Below, one piece after another: positions 16,670 to 25,020 of a DNA stretch of 28,857 nucleotides. The DNA is taken from positions 1-28,857 of the forward strand of contig JBDGSE010000002.1 of assembly GCA_042217695.1 (NCBI GenBank), read 5' to 3'. Both the position numbers and the translations under genes were made by a program. This DNA comes from Candidatus Nanohaloarchaea archaeon. Lineage in GTDB: Archaea; Nanohalarchaeota; Nanosalinia; Nanosalinales; Nanosalinaceae. Below the pieces are notes generated by a model that did no database searches, had not been told where the DNA came from, and worked only from the letters and a program-made list of their open reading frames with translations. The stretch's first letter is position 1. Each line of letters starts with the position of its first letter.

Positions 16670-17239
16670 CTACTCCTCCTCTTCCTCTTCTTCCTCGGCT
16701 TCTTCCTCGTAGAGTTCTATCCATTCCTCTTTGCCGAGTCCGGGCTGTCTCATCGTTAGGTTTATCTTGTTGGTGTCCTGCTTTTCGAGCGAGACAGCTA
16801 TTATCCTTGCGGTCACCAGGTCGCCTTTTTCCAGGGAGAGCTCGTTTTCGTCCGAGACGAGCCGGGACTGGTCCTCGTCCAGGTTGACGTATTCGTCCAT
16901 TATCTGGGAAACGTGGCAGAGACCGTCGAAAGGCCCTATCCGGACGAACGCCCCGAAGCTGGTGACGTCTACTACCTCCCCGAACACTACCTCGTGCATC
17001 TCCGGCTGCCATACGATGGCCTGATACTCCACATCGTAGTGCACTCCAGGGTCTTCCGGTTCTATATCTCCTCCTTCAACCTCCTGGATGTCTTCGACAC
17101 CGATCACGACGCCGGTGTCCTCGAATATTTTTCCTTCTACTTCTTCTTTTAGTCCAGCCTGCACGCTGTCTTTTACCTCGTCTCCAAGGTGTTCTGGAGG
17201 TACTCTTACTGAGTCTTCAAGGGTCATTCGTTTGTACAT
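16670..17239 (-). CDS. rpoE1: DNA-directed RNA polymerase subunit E' (Rpo7)
   Basis: D.VRVPP..LG, EVV.GEVVDV..FGAFVRIGP.DGL.HVSQI.D, LTMRQPGLGK.EW; poly-Glu tail. Confidence 0.96.
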   Translation of the reverse strand: MYKRMTLEDSVRVPPEHLGDEVKDSVQAGLKEEVEGKIFEDTGVVIGVEDIQEVEGGDIEPEDPGVHYDVEYQAIVWQPEMHEVVFGEVVDVTSFGAFVRIGPFDGLCHVSQIMDEYVNLDEDQSRLVSDENELSLEKGDLVTARIIAVSLEKQDTNKINLTMRQPGLGKEEWIELYEEEAEEEEEEEE

Positions 17240-17330
17240 GTTCTCTACCTCTTGGCGGGGGGAAAACGGTCGAGAGAACGAGACGCGTTCTCCTGCCCCT
17301 GTGGAACATTTAACAGGTTGACGACAATTT

Positions 17331-17711
17331 TTAAAACCCTACCGTAGAGCGGTTCACTGCTTCAAGGTGGTTTCCGCTCCTGATTATGACGAGTTCGCGT
17401 CCCCTGTCCAGCAGTCTCTGCTTTAACTCGCGGTCGTTTGTAGCCACCACGTAGTCTTCCGATACACGGACCACTAGGTCGTCCACATCTCCCTCGCCCT
17501 CGGTCTCCAGGACCTCGATGTCCTGGGTCTCCAGCAGGCGTTCCACGAGATCGGTGTACTTTCCGGATTCGATGCTTTTCGCCTCCTGCACCGCGTCGTC
17601 CAGCGTATACAACTCGTGTTCGGGGTACAGCCGCTCCAGTTCGTCGAACATCGGCAGGGAGAACTGGAAGGGTGCCACCAGAAAGTTGGTGTCCAGCAGG
17701 ATCTTCTTCAT
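17331..17711 (-). CDS. PIN-domain protein (Fcf1/Utp24-like)
   Basis: ILLDTNFL..P.QF, VDD, VATND.ELK.RL; conserved position between eif2g and rpoE1. Confidence 0.9.
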   Translation of the reverse strand: MKKILLDTNFLVAPFQFSLPMFDELERLYPEHELYTLDDAVQEAKSIESGKYTDLVERLLETQDIEVLETEGEGDVDDLVVRVSEDYVVATNDRELKQRLLDRGRELVIIRSGNHLEAVNRSTVGF

Positions 17712-17763
17712 ACCGCTTAATTGGAAGGGAAATCCTAAAAACTTGGACCGGGTTAACAGCTCT

Positions 17764-18693
17764 ATGACAAAAAATATAGGCGTATTGTGGGATGAATCCG
17801 TCCAGTCCGGGCGTGAGGAACCGTTCGAGAAAGACGCCTGGAACTCGGAGTACAGGATTTTCAGTGATATCGCGGGGAGACATGGCCTGAGGTTCTACCT
17901 TGCGGAGTACACCGAGTATGAGGAAGGTGTCCTGGGGGAGGCCTACACTGTAGAGGAGGGGGAGTGGGTCGTCGTGAACGACGTCCGTATAGAGGGTGTG
18001 TTCGACAAGTTCCTGTTCAACGAGGAGACCTTCGATCTGAAGAAGAGGATGGCCGAAGAGGTCGGCATACTTAACGACCCGGAACTCGAGAGATTATGCA
18101 AGGACAAGCTTGAGACCGCCGAAAGGTTTTCCCGGGTACCGGAGACCAGGAAGGCCACAGAGGAGAACATCACGGAGTTCCTGGAGGACGGTAAAGCGGT
18201 GGTGAAGCCCAGGTACGACTTCGGTGGTCGCGGAGTACAGATAATCGGCTCGATGGATGAACTGGAGCCGGTCGACCCCGAGAGGGCAGTGGTGCAGCGT
18301 TTCATCGATACCTCCGGCGGTATACCGGGTACAGGATACGACGGTGTCCACGACCTGAGAGCCTATGTGGTGGATGGCGAGCTGACATTCGGCCTGGTCA
18401 GGGTGCCCGAGGAGGGCCTGGTAAGCAACGTTGCGCTTGGAGGGAGCCAGTTCCTGTTCCCGGCGGAGGATTTCCGGGACGATGCGCTGGAACTGGTCGA
18501 CCAGGTGAAGGAGGAGCTTTCTGTTTTCTCGCCGGCGATGTATTCCGTGGATATGGTGTATGACGAGAACGGCACGGTGTGGATAGTCGAGCTTAACTCC
18601 AAGCCGGGGCTCAGTTTTTACAGCGACCAGGAGATGAAAGAGGCGGTGTTAAAAACCGTGGAAAGGCTTTGCTCCGGACTGGAACGCATCTAG
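17764..18693 (+). CDS. ATP-grasp ligase, YheC/YheD- or RimK-like
   Basis: ATG at 17764 (the ORF-track start overlaps the PIN gene); CKDKLET, VVKPRYDFGGRGV, VVQRFID, HDLR, SNVALGG, YSVD, ELNSKPG. Confidence 0.88.
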   Translation: MTKNIGVLWDESVQSGREEPFEKDAWNSEYRIFSDIAGRHGLRFYLAEYTEYEEGVLGEAYTVEEGEWVVVNDVRIEGVFDKFLFNEETFDLKKRMAEEVGILNDPELERLCKDKLETAERFSRVPETRKATEENITEFLEDGKAVVKPRYDFGGRGVQIIGSMDELEPVDPERAVVQRFIDTSGGIPGTGYDGVHDLRAYVVDGELTFGLVRVPEEGLVSNVALGGSQFLFPAEDFRDDALELVDQVKEELSVFSPAMYSVDMVYDENGTVWIVELNSKPGLSFYSDQEMKEAVLKTVERLCSGLERI

Positions 18694-19760
18694 AGCTCTT
18701 CGACGTCTTCCTCCAGCATCCTGGAGGCCTCTAATCTCAGCTTCTTCGCCTGCCGGAGGTCTATCCGGGAACCGTTCTGCATCCTGCCTGATAGAGGAGA
18801 GTAACGGGAGTACTGTATACCCATCTCGTCGAGGTAGTTTCTCACCCCGGGCGATTTCAGACCCTTCTTTGACGCGTTCCGGGAGAGTTCCTTGACCCTT
18901 TCGAACTCCGGCAGCACGAGTTTTTCCCTGTCGTTCTCCCCGCCCGGCACGACCTCTTTCCGCTGTGACTCGAGGAGAATCCTCTGTACGTCCTCCACCA
19001 GTTTCAGGGTCTCGCTGGGAAGGGTGGCGTCCGGGGACCTGTACTCGACTGTGGGGAACTGGTCCCGGAGCCTTATCGGTGTCCAGATAGACCTGTCGGG
19101 GTGGTAGTGTTCCAGGAACTTTTCCTCGGGTATCCCTGCCTCCAGGGCGCCCTCCCTGAATTTTTCAAACGCGTCATTTATCCTCTGCTTCCATTCGTCC
19201 ACCGAGTCGGTGTACTCCCATAGAGAGACGGATTCCGGGAACTTCGGGTCCCAGCTGTAGCGGTAGACCCAGTTCCGCATCGAGGACGCGTTGTTCCTGC
19301 CCTGGTGGTATGGTGAGGCGTTCAGAAGGGCGAATGCGGGGTCCAGAGCGGTCAAAACGTTTAACTGGTCTTTCACGTTCTCCTTCTCGAAGTGGATGTG
19401 GGTGCCGGCCCTGGCGAGTTCTCGCTCTATCTGGATGTCCTCTGGGTTGAACTTCTTCATCATCTCGAGGCGTTCGGTGTCGAGCAGTTCTATCCCGTCG
19501 TGTTTCAGGGGAGTCCCCAGCGGAACAATTTTCAGGCCGTGTTTCCGGGCGTGTTCGATGACTCGCCGTGTCTTCTGTTTTATGTCCCCCCTCAGGCCGT
19601 CGACGGTTTCATGTGGCTCGGATTTTATCTCGGCGATGCATGTCGCGAACTCCGGGGCCGCGAATTCCAGCTCGCCGGTGATAGGCTCTGCGCTGGTAAG
19701 TTCTCCAGAACGGTTGACCGTGAAGTATTCCAGTTCGATACCTTTCCTGATACAGGCCAC
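18690..19760 (-). CDS. Glutamate-cysteine ligase family 2 (GCS2/YbdK-like carboxylate-amine ligase)
   Basis: GIELEY, EF....EIKS.PH, PLGTP, AGTHIHF, L.ALDPAFAL.NASPY..G, WTPIRLR..FPTVEYRSPDATLPS. Confidence 0.9.
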   Translation of the reverse strand: MACIRKGIELEYFTVNRSGELTSAEPITGELEFAAPEFATCIAEIKSEPHETVDGLRGDIKQKTRRVIEHARKHGLKIVPLGTPLKHDGIELLDTERLEMMKKFNPEDIQIERELARAGTHIHFEKENVKDQLNVLTALDPAFALLNASPYHQGRNNASSMRNWVYRYSWDPKFPESVSLWEYTDSVDEWKQRINDAFEKFREGALEAGIPEEKFLEHYHPDRSIWTPIRLRDQFPTVEYRSPDATLPSETLKLVEDVQRILLESQRKEVVPGGENDREKLVLPEFERVKELSRNASKKGLKSPGVRNYLDEMGIQYSRYSPLSGRMQNGSRIDLRQAKKLRLEASRMLEEDVEEL

Positions 19761-19761
19761 C

Positions 19762-20646
19762 TCACTCTTCCCGGGCCATAGCCCTTTCGTGCAGGAACTC
19801 GACTATACCGAGGATGATGTCCTCGTCCACTATCTCGTTTATCTCCTCGCTGAGCCCGAACTGCGCCGCGTTCATCTCGAGCACAAAGATGTCGTCCTCC
19901 GACTCTATGATGTCTGCCCCGCTGATACCCGCTCCGATCGCCCTTGCCGCCCTGATGCCGGTGTCCCGCATCTCGTCTGTCAGTTCGACTTTCAACCGTT
20001 CTCCGCCGGCGCCGATGTTGGAGCGCCACTCGCCCTCGTCCGATGAGGAGCGCTGGTACGCGACGACATGGTCTCCTATCACGATGACGCGGTTGTCGGT
20101 GCCCGAGTGCTCCATGTACTCCTGCAGGCATATGTCCTGTTCGAACGCCTTCATGGTGTCCATCACGGGTTTCAGTTCGGACTCGGAGGAGGCACGCATA
20201 ACTCCCTCTCCTCCTCCACCGGTTATAGTCTTCATTATTATGGGGTATCCAAGTCTTTCCGCGGCCTCGACCGCGGTATCCGGCGACAGCGTGTAAACAC
20301 TGTCCGGGACGTTCAAACCGTTTTCTGCCAGGATCTTCATGGTGTAGAACTTGTTGGTCATCACCGCGAATGTGTCGTCTGAAAGCGGGGTTAGAACACC
20401 GGAGTTGTTCAGTATCTCTGCCAGGTGTTCCGCGAAGTAGACCTCCTCGTCGGAGTGTCGCAGGTAGGCCACGTCGAACTCTGTTATGTCGGTGCCCTTG
20501 TAGAGCACCTGTGTCTCCTCGGGGCCGTAGATGAATTTCAGGCCGTCCGCCGGGACCGCGAGCACCGTATCGAATATCTCTTCTGCGCGTTCTATCATCA
20601 GCTGGTGGGTGGTGGAGTACTCGCCGTACACTATAACCATTTTCAT
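19762..20646 (-). CDS. RimK-family alpha-L-glutamate ligase (ATP-grasp), motifs intact
   Basis: NKFYT..L...GL.VP, PIIMK...GGGGEGV, LQEY, D.RV.VIG, WRSNIGAGG, GADII, LEMN. Confidence 0.9.
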   Translation of the reverse strand: MKMVIVYGEYSTTHQLMIERAEEIFDTVLAVPADGLKFIYGPEETQVLYKGTDITEFDVAYLRHSDEEVYFAEHLAEILNNSGVLTPLSDDTFAVMTNKFYTMKILAENGLNVPDSVYTLSPDTAVEAAERLGYPIIMKTITGGGGEGVMRASSESELKPVMDTMKAFEQDICLQEYMEHSGTDNRVIVIGDHVVAYQRSSSDEGEWRSNIGAGGERLKVELTDEMRDTGIRAARAIGAGISGADIIESEDDIFVLEMNAAQFGLSEEINEIVDEDIILGIVEFLHERAMAREE

Positions 20647-21453
20647 CTATTTTTCCTCCCTCAGCACGTCGGCAACGGTTTCGTAGGCGTTTTTACCCGA
20701 GAGTTCTGTGTAGAGCCCGAGGTCGGGATTGGGGTTCACGTCCTCCACCTTGTCTCCCCGGAGGAGTACCTCTGCCACGGGTGTCCCGATGGCCTTCCGT
20801 GTCTTGAGAACCGTTTCCTTCTTTTCCTGGGATACGGTATGGTACTGGAGGTTGTCGTCGGAGAACTGCCATCCCTCGGAGTTGTCCGCCAGTGATATCA
20901 CGCTGTCGCCCGCTACCAGGCACCGGTACCTGTCCCCGCTCCGGAGTTCCTGGAAGAGCACGAACTGGTTGCCGCGGTCGATGCCCTCGGCGAATTCCTG
21001 TATCTCCTCCACGGTCTCCAGGCGGGTCTTTTCGGTCTCCACGGATTCGTCGAACTTTCGGGCCACGAGAGGACCCTTTATGTGCCGTTCGATATTACGG
21101 GAGGCCTTTTCCGTGGCCACTACCGCGGTCTTCGGCGCCGGCACGTCTTTCTCGTGTAATACGTGGTAGAGGTAGTTCTTCTTCGACATTATGAAGAATC
21201 CTGTCGAGGGATAGTTCAGCCGGACACCCATCTCCTCTATCATCTCGAGGGCGACCCGTCCGAAAAGTGCGTTCTCGGTTGGTATCTCCGCGAAGACGGC
21301 GTCGTATTCTGAAACCGAGCTGCCGTTGAACTTGACGTCTGCCTCCCCGTCGATTACTTCTGGAGCCAGCGCCTCTATATCTATGTGCTCGGTGTCGTCG
21401 AACAGCGAATCGAACTCCGGGTGTTCGCTACCCGTTATGGTGAGAAGCTTCAT
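20647..21453 (-). CDS. RimK-like ATP-grasp paralogue with degenerate catalytic motifs
   Basis: KKNYL...L....VPAPKT, LFQE, YRCLV.G, DVNPNP retained; no Gly-rich K..GxxGxGV loop and no WRSN..GG loop. Confidence 0.8.
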   Translation of the reverse strand: MKLLTITGSEHPEFDSLFDDTEHIDIEALAPEVIDGEADVKFNGSSVSEYDAVFAEIPTENALFGRVALEMIEEMGVRLNYPSTGFFIMSKKNYLYHVLHEKDVPAPKTAVVATEKASRNIERHIKGPLVARKFDESVETEKTRLETVEEIQEFAEGIDRGNQFVLFQELRSGDRYRCLVAGDSVISLADNSEGWQFSDDNLQYHTVSQEKKETVLKTRKAIGTPVAEVLLRGDKVEDVNPNPDLGLYTELSGKNAYETVADVLREEK

Positions 21454-21533
21454 TTTTTGTGGTACCTCGGGCTTAATGCCTTTGGAACTCTACGTAGTCA
21501 ACGGGTTTACCAGCTGTTAAATGCGTTACGGTA

Positions 21534-23069
21534 CTATCCCTCATCCTCTTCTTCCCCCTCAGGATGCCATACGCGGGTTATCTTGTCGTTTCCGCGCCAC
21601 TCCTCAACGTACTTGTTCATGGACGAGGGCATGGCGTCCTTCAGTATCCTTCCCTGCCGCAGGATCTTCCTGAGCCGGGCCTCCAGGGTCTTTGAAAGCT
21701 CGTCGTAGTAGTTCTTGTCGGCGTATATCAGGTCGTTCTTGATACGCCAGTAAGCGGTTGTGCCCTTCGGTGCCGCGACGATGTATCCCCGGGAGTGATC
21801 GAACTCCGCCATCGCGTCCAGGAGCCGTTCCTTGTCGATGTAGTACACGCCGCCTTTCGTGCCGCTGGGATCCATGACGAGGATTTCGTTGCCCTCGACT
21901 CCTACCGCGAGGACGAAGTGGCCGGCGTTCGCATCAGGGAATATCTCCGGCTTGTAGAAGTTGGGTACTATCAGGGCGCCGTCGTTGAACCAGGCCTTGA
22001 ACTCGTCTCCCAGGTCGGAGACCTTGTCGTACTCCACGAATGCGGCCCTGACATCGTTGTTGGTGAGTTCCTCGACCGATTCCATGAGTCCTTCTACCTC
22101 GGTGCCCTCCTCTTCCGTGGTGCCGGCCGCGTCGCCTATCTCGTCCTGGCTGTACCTGTAGCCAAAGATCTCCAGCGCCATCTCCATCGAGGCCGGGCCG
22201 CAGTACGCCGGGTGCTGGGCCACGAAGTACGAGGTTATGTCCTCCAGTGTCTCGAGGTCGCTCTTGGTTCTCTTCAGCTTTATCGACGACTTCATTATCT
22301 CTCTGTTGGGCGTTAACAGCGTGTACCCCGAGTTCGTGTCCACCGCTGTTGAAAACATCGTCACCTCTCTTATCTCGCCGGGCTCATCCTGTATGTTCAC
22401 CTCTTCGCCCGGACGGACCATCCGCGAGTTCTTCAGGTATATCCCTGCGGCAAAGTTCTGGAACAGGTCCTTGAAGCCGTAGAAGAGGAGTCCGGCCACC
22501 AGGAATGCTATAGCCCATGAAGAAGCGTTTATCAACTGGTTTATTATCGTCTGGCCTATGCCGAGCTGGTCCAGCATTATCTGGAGCAGTATAAGATACA
22601 GGAAAGCCTTTATTATGCCTGATATCAGGTTGAAGGCCTGGGATGAAAGTCCTGCCTCCCGGAAGTAGTTTTTGATGCCTATAGTATTGAGGAAGTCCAG
22701 GGTTACCTTGGCGAACACGTTTATCGTTATAACGCCGAGTATACCTATCAGGAAGACCGACAGCAGCCGCGGGATGAACTCTGTAACCCGGAGGTAGAGC
22801 TGTTCGGTTAACGCCGAGTTGAGGTAGAACAGCGCCATCGCTATGACGCCGGCGTCCATGAGGTACGATGCGTACTGTATGCGTTCCTCTTTCCGGGTTA
22901 CGTCCTTCTTGGTGGCGGATTCCCTGGCCAGCGAGATCCTTCTCAGAACGAGACTGGTCACCTTTACGGATAGATGGCCGGCTACCAGTATGAACAGGGT
23001 TACAAGCAGTCTCACGGTCGTGTTCTCCTGCAGCACGAAGTTCAGCAGAGAATTCAGGAGGCCGGCCAT
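21534..23069 (-). CDS. MscS-family small mechanosensitive channel fused to a C39-like/papain-fold cysteine peptidase domain
   Basis: About five N-terminal TM helices; MscS TM3/beta signature KDLFQNFAAGIYL...VRPGEEV.I....GEI.EV.MFST......G....PN; then Q-x4-CGPAS, GHFVL.VG and VMDP catalytic motifs. Confidence 0.88.
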   Translation of the reverse strand: MAGLLNSLLNFVLQENTTVRLLVTLFILVAGHLSVKVTSLVLRRISLARESATKKDVTRKEERIQYASYLMDAGVIAMALFYLNSALTEQLYLRVTEFIPRLLSVFLIGILGVITINVFAKVTLDFLNTIGIKNYFREAGLSSQAFNLISGIIKAFLYLILLQIMLDQLGIGQTIINQLINASSWAIAFLVAGLLFYGFKDLFQNFAAGIYLKNSRMVRPGEEVNIQDEPGEIREVTMFSTAVDTNSGYTLLTPNREIMKSSIKLKRTKSDLETLEDITSYFVAQHPAYCGPASMEMALEIFGYRYSQDEIGDAAGTTEEEGTEVEGLMESVEELTNNDVRAAFVEYDKVSDLGDEFKAWFNDGALIVPNFYKPEIFPDANAGHFVLAVGVEGNEILVMDPSGTKGGVYYIDKERLLDAMAEFDHSRGYIVAAPKGTTAYWRIKNDLIYADKNYYDELSKTLEARLRKILRQGRILKDAMPSSMNKYVEEWRGNDKITRVWHPEGEEEDEG

Positions 23070-23089
23070 AACTACCTAATCTCGCTCGC

Positions 23090-23100
23090 TATTATAAAAA
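23090..23100 (-). promoter_or_regulatory. TATA box for the mscS-peptidase gene (probably leaderless transcript)
   Basis: TTTTTATAATA ~21-31 nt upstream of ATG 23069. Confidence 0.55.
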
Positions 23101-23106
23101 CCTGCG

Positions 23107-24297
23107 TTAATCCGTGGATTTGATCCTGCCGTGGCCGATAAGACGCCAGCGAGACCCTATCTGCCGTGAGATGGCCACGCGGTCTCCCTCTTCCGCACAG
23201 ACAGGGACTTTCAGGTCCAGTTTCACGTTTTTACCGGCCTGTGTGACTATCCCCGCGGACTTGTTGGTTCCAACGTTCAGCATCAGGGCCTCGTTCTGCT
23301 TGATGTTCTCGATCTCATCCTCGTTCTCGGCGCCCACGAGCCGTTCCATCAGGTTGGCCTCTATCGTCAGGCTGTCCGTTACAGGAGGGAGGTCCTCTTT
23401 CTTTCCGAGCACGTTGCCAGAGAGGCCGTCGGACTTGGTCAGCGCCGGGTCCAGAGAGGTCTCCACGGCGAGAAGACCGCCCGGTTTACCGGTGTCCACA
23501 GGTTTCTGGCCCTGCATGATGGACTCTACTTCGGTTGTGATGGGCTCCCATTTGTCCTCTCCTGTCCTTACACCGGGCCGGATCTCGACCTCGTCTCCGA
23601 CGTCGAGTTCTCCCTGGACGAGACTTCCCCCGACAACGCCTCCCCGCAGGTCTTCTGCCCCGGTCCCCGGCTTGTTTATGTCGAACGAACGTGCAACCAG
23701 CATCCGTGGTTCTCCGTCGGGTCTCTCCGGGGTCGGGAGGTTTTCATCGATGGCCTCAAGTAAAAGGTCTATATTGACGTTGTGCTGGGCAGATACAGGT
23801 ATGACGGGTGCGTCTTCCGCGACCGTTCCCTCTGTAAACTCCTTTATCTGTTCGTAGTTCTCCCTGGCTGTTTCCTCGTCGACAAGGTCTATCTTGTTCT
23901 GCACGATAACTATGTTTTCGACCCCGATGATATCCAGTGCGGCCAGGTGTTCACGGGTCTGGGGCTGCGGACACTCCTCGTTTGCAGCTATGACCAGTAT
24001 CGCGCCGTCCATAATCGCGGCTCCTGAAAGAACATTGGCCATCAGTGTTTCGTGTCCTGGGGCGTCTACCAGCGAGAGTGTCCGTACCTCATCGCCGTTT
24101 CCCTCGACGTTGAGTTCGCCGCTGTCGTCCTCGTAGTATGTGACATCGGCGTATCCGATCCTTATCGTTATACCTTTCTTCAGCTCCTCGCTGTGTTCGT
24201 CGGTCCATTTTCCGGATAGAGCGCGTGTCAGTGTTGTCTTTCCATGGTCGACGTGGCCGACCAGTCCTATGTTTACTTCAGGTACCCCTTCGCTCAT
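23107..24297 (-). CDS. eif2g: Translation initiation factor 2 subunit gamma (aIF2-gamma)
   Basis: [63 protein letters not shown]. Confidence 0.97.
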   Translation of the reverse strand: MSEGVPEVNIGLVGHVDHGKTTLTRALSGKWTDEHSEELKKGITIRIGYADVTYYEDDSGELNVEGNGDEVRTLSLVDAPGHETLMANVLSGAAIMDGAILVIAANEECPQPQTREHLAALDIIGVENIVIVQNKIDLVDEETARENYEQIKEFTEGTVAEDAPVIPVSAQHNVNIDLLLEAIDENLPTPERPDGEPRMLVARSFDINKPGTGAEDLRGGVVGGSLVQGELDVGDEVEIRPGVRTGEDKWEPITTEVESIMQGQKPVDTGKPGGLLAVETSLDPALTKSDGLSGNVLGKKEDLPPVTDSLTIEANLMERLVGAENEDEIENIKQNEALMLNVGTNKSAGIVTQAGKNVKLDLKVPVCAEEGDRVAISRQIGSRWRLIGHGRIKSTD

Positions 24298-24587
24298 AAC
24301 AAATCATCCTCGGAAACTGTTATAGGTTTAGTCCTGTGAGGCACGGAAATCCTGTACATCCGGTCGCTGACCGCGATACTTCTCAGCGTCATCCTTTCCT
24401 CGATTTCCGCGGGTTCGCTGCCGTACTCCACGGGTTCGTCCTCCATGTACTGGAAACCGAGGGATGCGTCCGTCCAGTCCTTTAATTCGCTGTCCTCAAG
24501 TACCCGGGATGCCTCTTCTACAGGGCCGAGAGCCTTCTCCAGCTGGTCTAGCGCTGCCGTGGTATAGTACTCGGTTACCAGGCCCAT
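24294..24587 (-). CDS. Hypothetical acidic protein (97 aa)
   Basis: Fills the rps6e-eif2g gap; stop overlaps the eif2g start (ATGA). Confidence 0.7.
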   Translation of the reverse strand: MGLVTEYYTTAALDQLEKALGPVEEASRVLEDSELKDWTDASLGFQYMEDEPVEYGSEPAEIEERMTLRSIAVSDRMYRISVPHRTKPITVSEDDLL

Positions 24588-24595
24588 TGGAGGAG

Positions 24596-24964
24596 CTATT
24601 CTTCTTCCTGGAGCAGTTCTTCCACGGTTTTGCTGCCTTCCTCCACTACAGAGGTGTTCAGCTGCTGTATCTCGCCTGAGACGGTGTTCCCGCGGACGGA
24701 TTTCCTTCTCCTCATGCCGTCCTCTGACCCGTTGAAACCGGCCCCCTCTTCCAGGAGCACACGTTTCCTCTCCGAACCCTCGATGGAGGGCCTCATCGGG
24801 AAACCGTCCTCGTCGCTTCCACCCGTGATCTCCAGGGTGTAGCCGTCGAGTCCGATTATCCCGCCGTCGAATTCTTCACCGATTTTCTTTCCGATCAACT
24901 GGGTAGAATCTTCGACCTCCTTCTGGAAGGTCTCCCCGTCCTGCGTTCCGATTGTAACTTCCAT
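24596..24964 (-). CDS. rps6e: 30S ribosomal protein S6e (eS6)
   Basis: IGKKIG....G..IGL.GY.LEITGGSD..GFPMR, G.RRRKSVRGN, I.QLN. Confidence 0.96.
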   Translation of the reverse strand: MEVTIGTQDGETFQKEVEDSTQLIGKKIGEEFDGGIIGLDGYTLEITGGSDEDGFPMRPSIEGSERKRVLLEEGAGFNGSEDGMRRRKSVRGNTVSGEIQQLNTSVVEEGSKTVEELLQEEE

Positions 24965-25020
24965 TATCCGAAAACCTCCGTGGTTTCCTGGTAAGCCAGA
25001 AATCCTGTTAATTTCGTCAT
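24964..25020 (-). other. 18-codon upstream ORF (MTKLTGFLAYQETTEVFG) translationally coupled to rps6e
   Basis: AGGTGG SD 5 nt before ATG 25020; TAA overlaps the rps6e ATG (TAATG). Confidence 0.45.
24969..25016. repeat. Four-block palindromic element immediately upstream of rps6e
   Basis: CGAAAACC tccgt GGTTTCC tggtaagcca GAAAT cctgtta ATTTCG. Confidence 0.7.

Noticed and set aside
16670..16710. Poly-Glu tails (RpoE1, eS6) as evidence of RimK substrates
   Set aside because: Acidic tails are commonplace in halophile proteins, and archaeal eS6 is unrelated to bacterial bS6, the known RimK target.
17518..17763. N-terminal extension of the ATP-grasp ORF in the ORF track
   Set aside because: Overlaps the PIN gene on the opposite strand; ATG 17764 is the plausible start.
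17764..23069. Graspetide (microviridin-type) RiPP cluster interpretation
   Set aside because: No precursor with repeated Thr/Ser/Lys-Asp/Glu cores or a double-Gly leader is visible, and the ligases look RimK- or YheCD-like; a distant precursor cannot be excluded.
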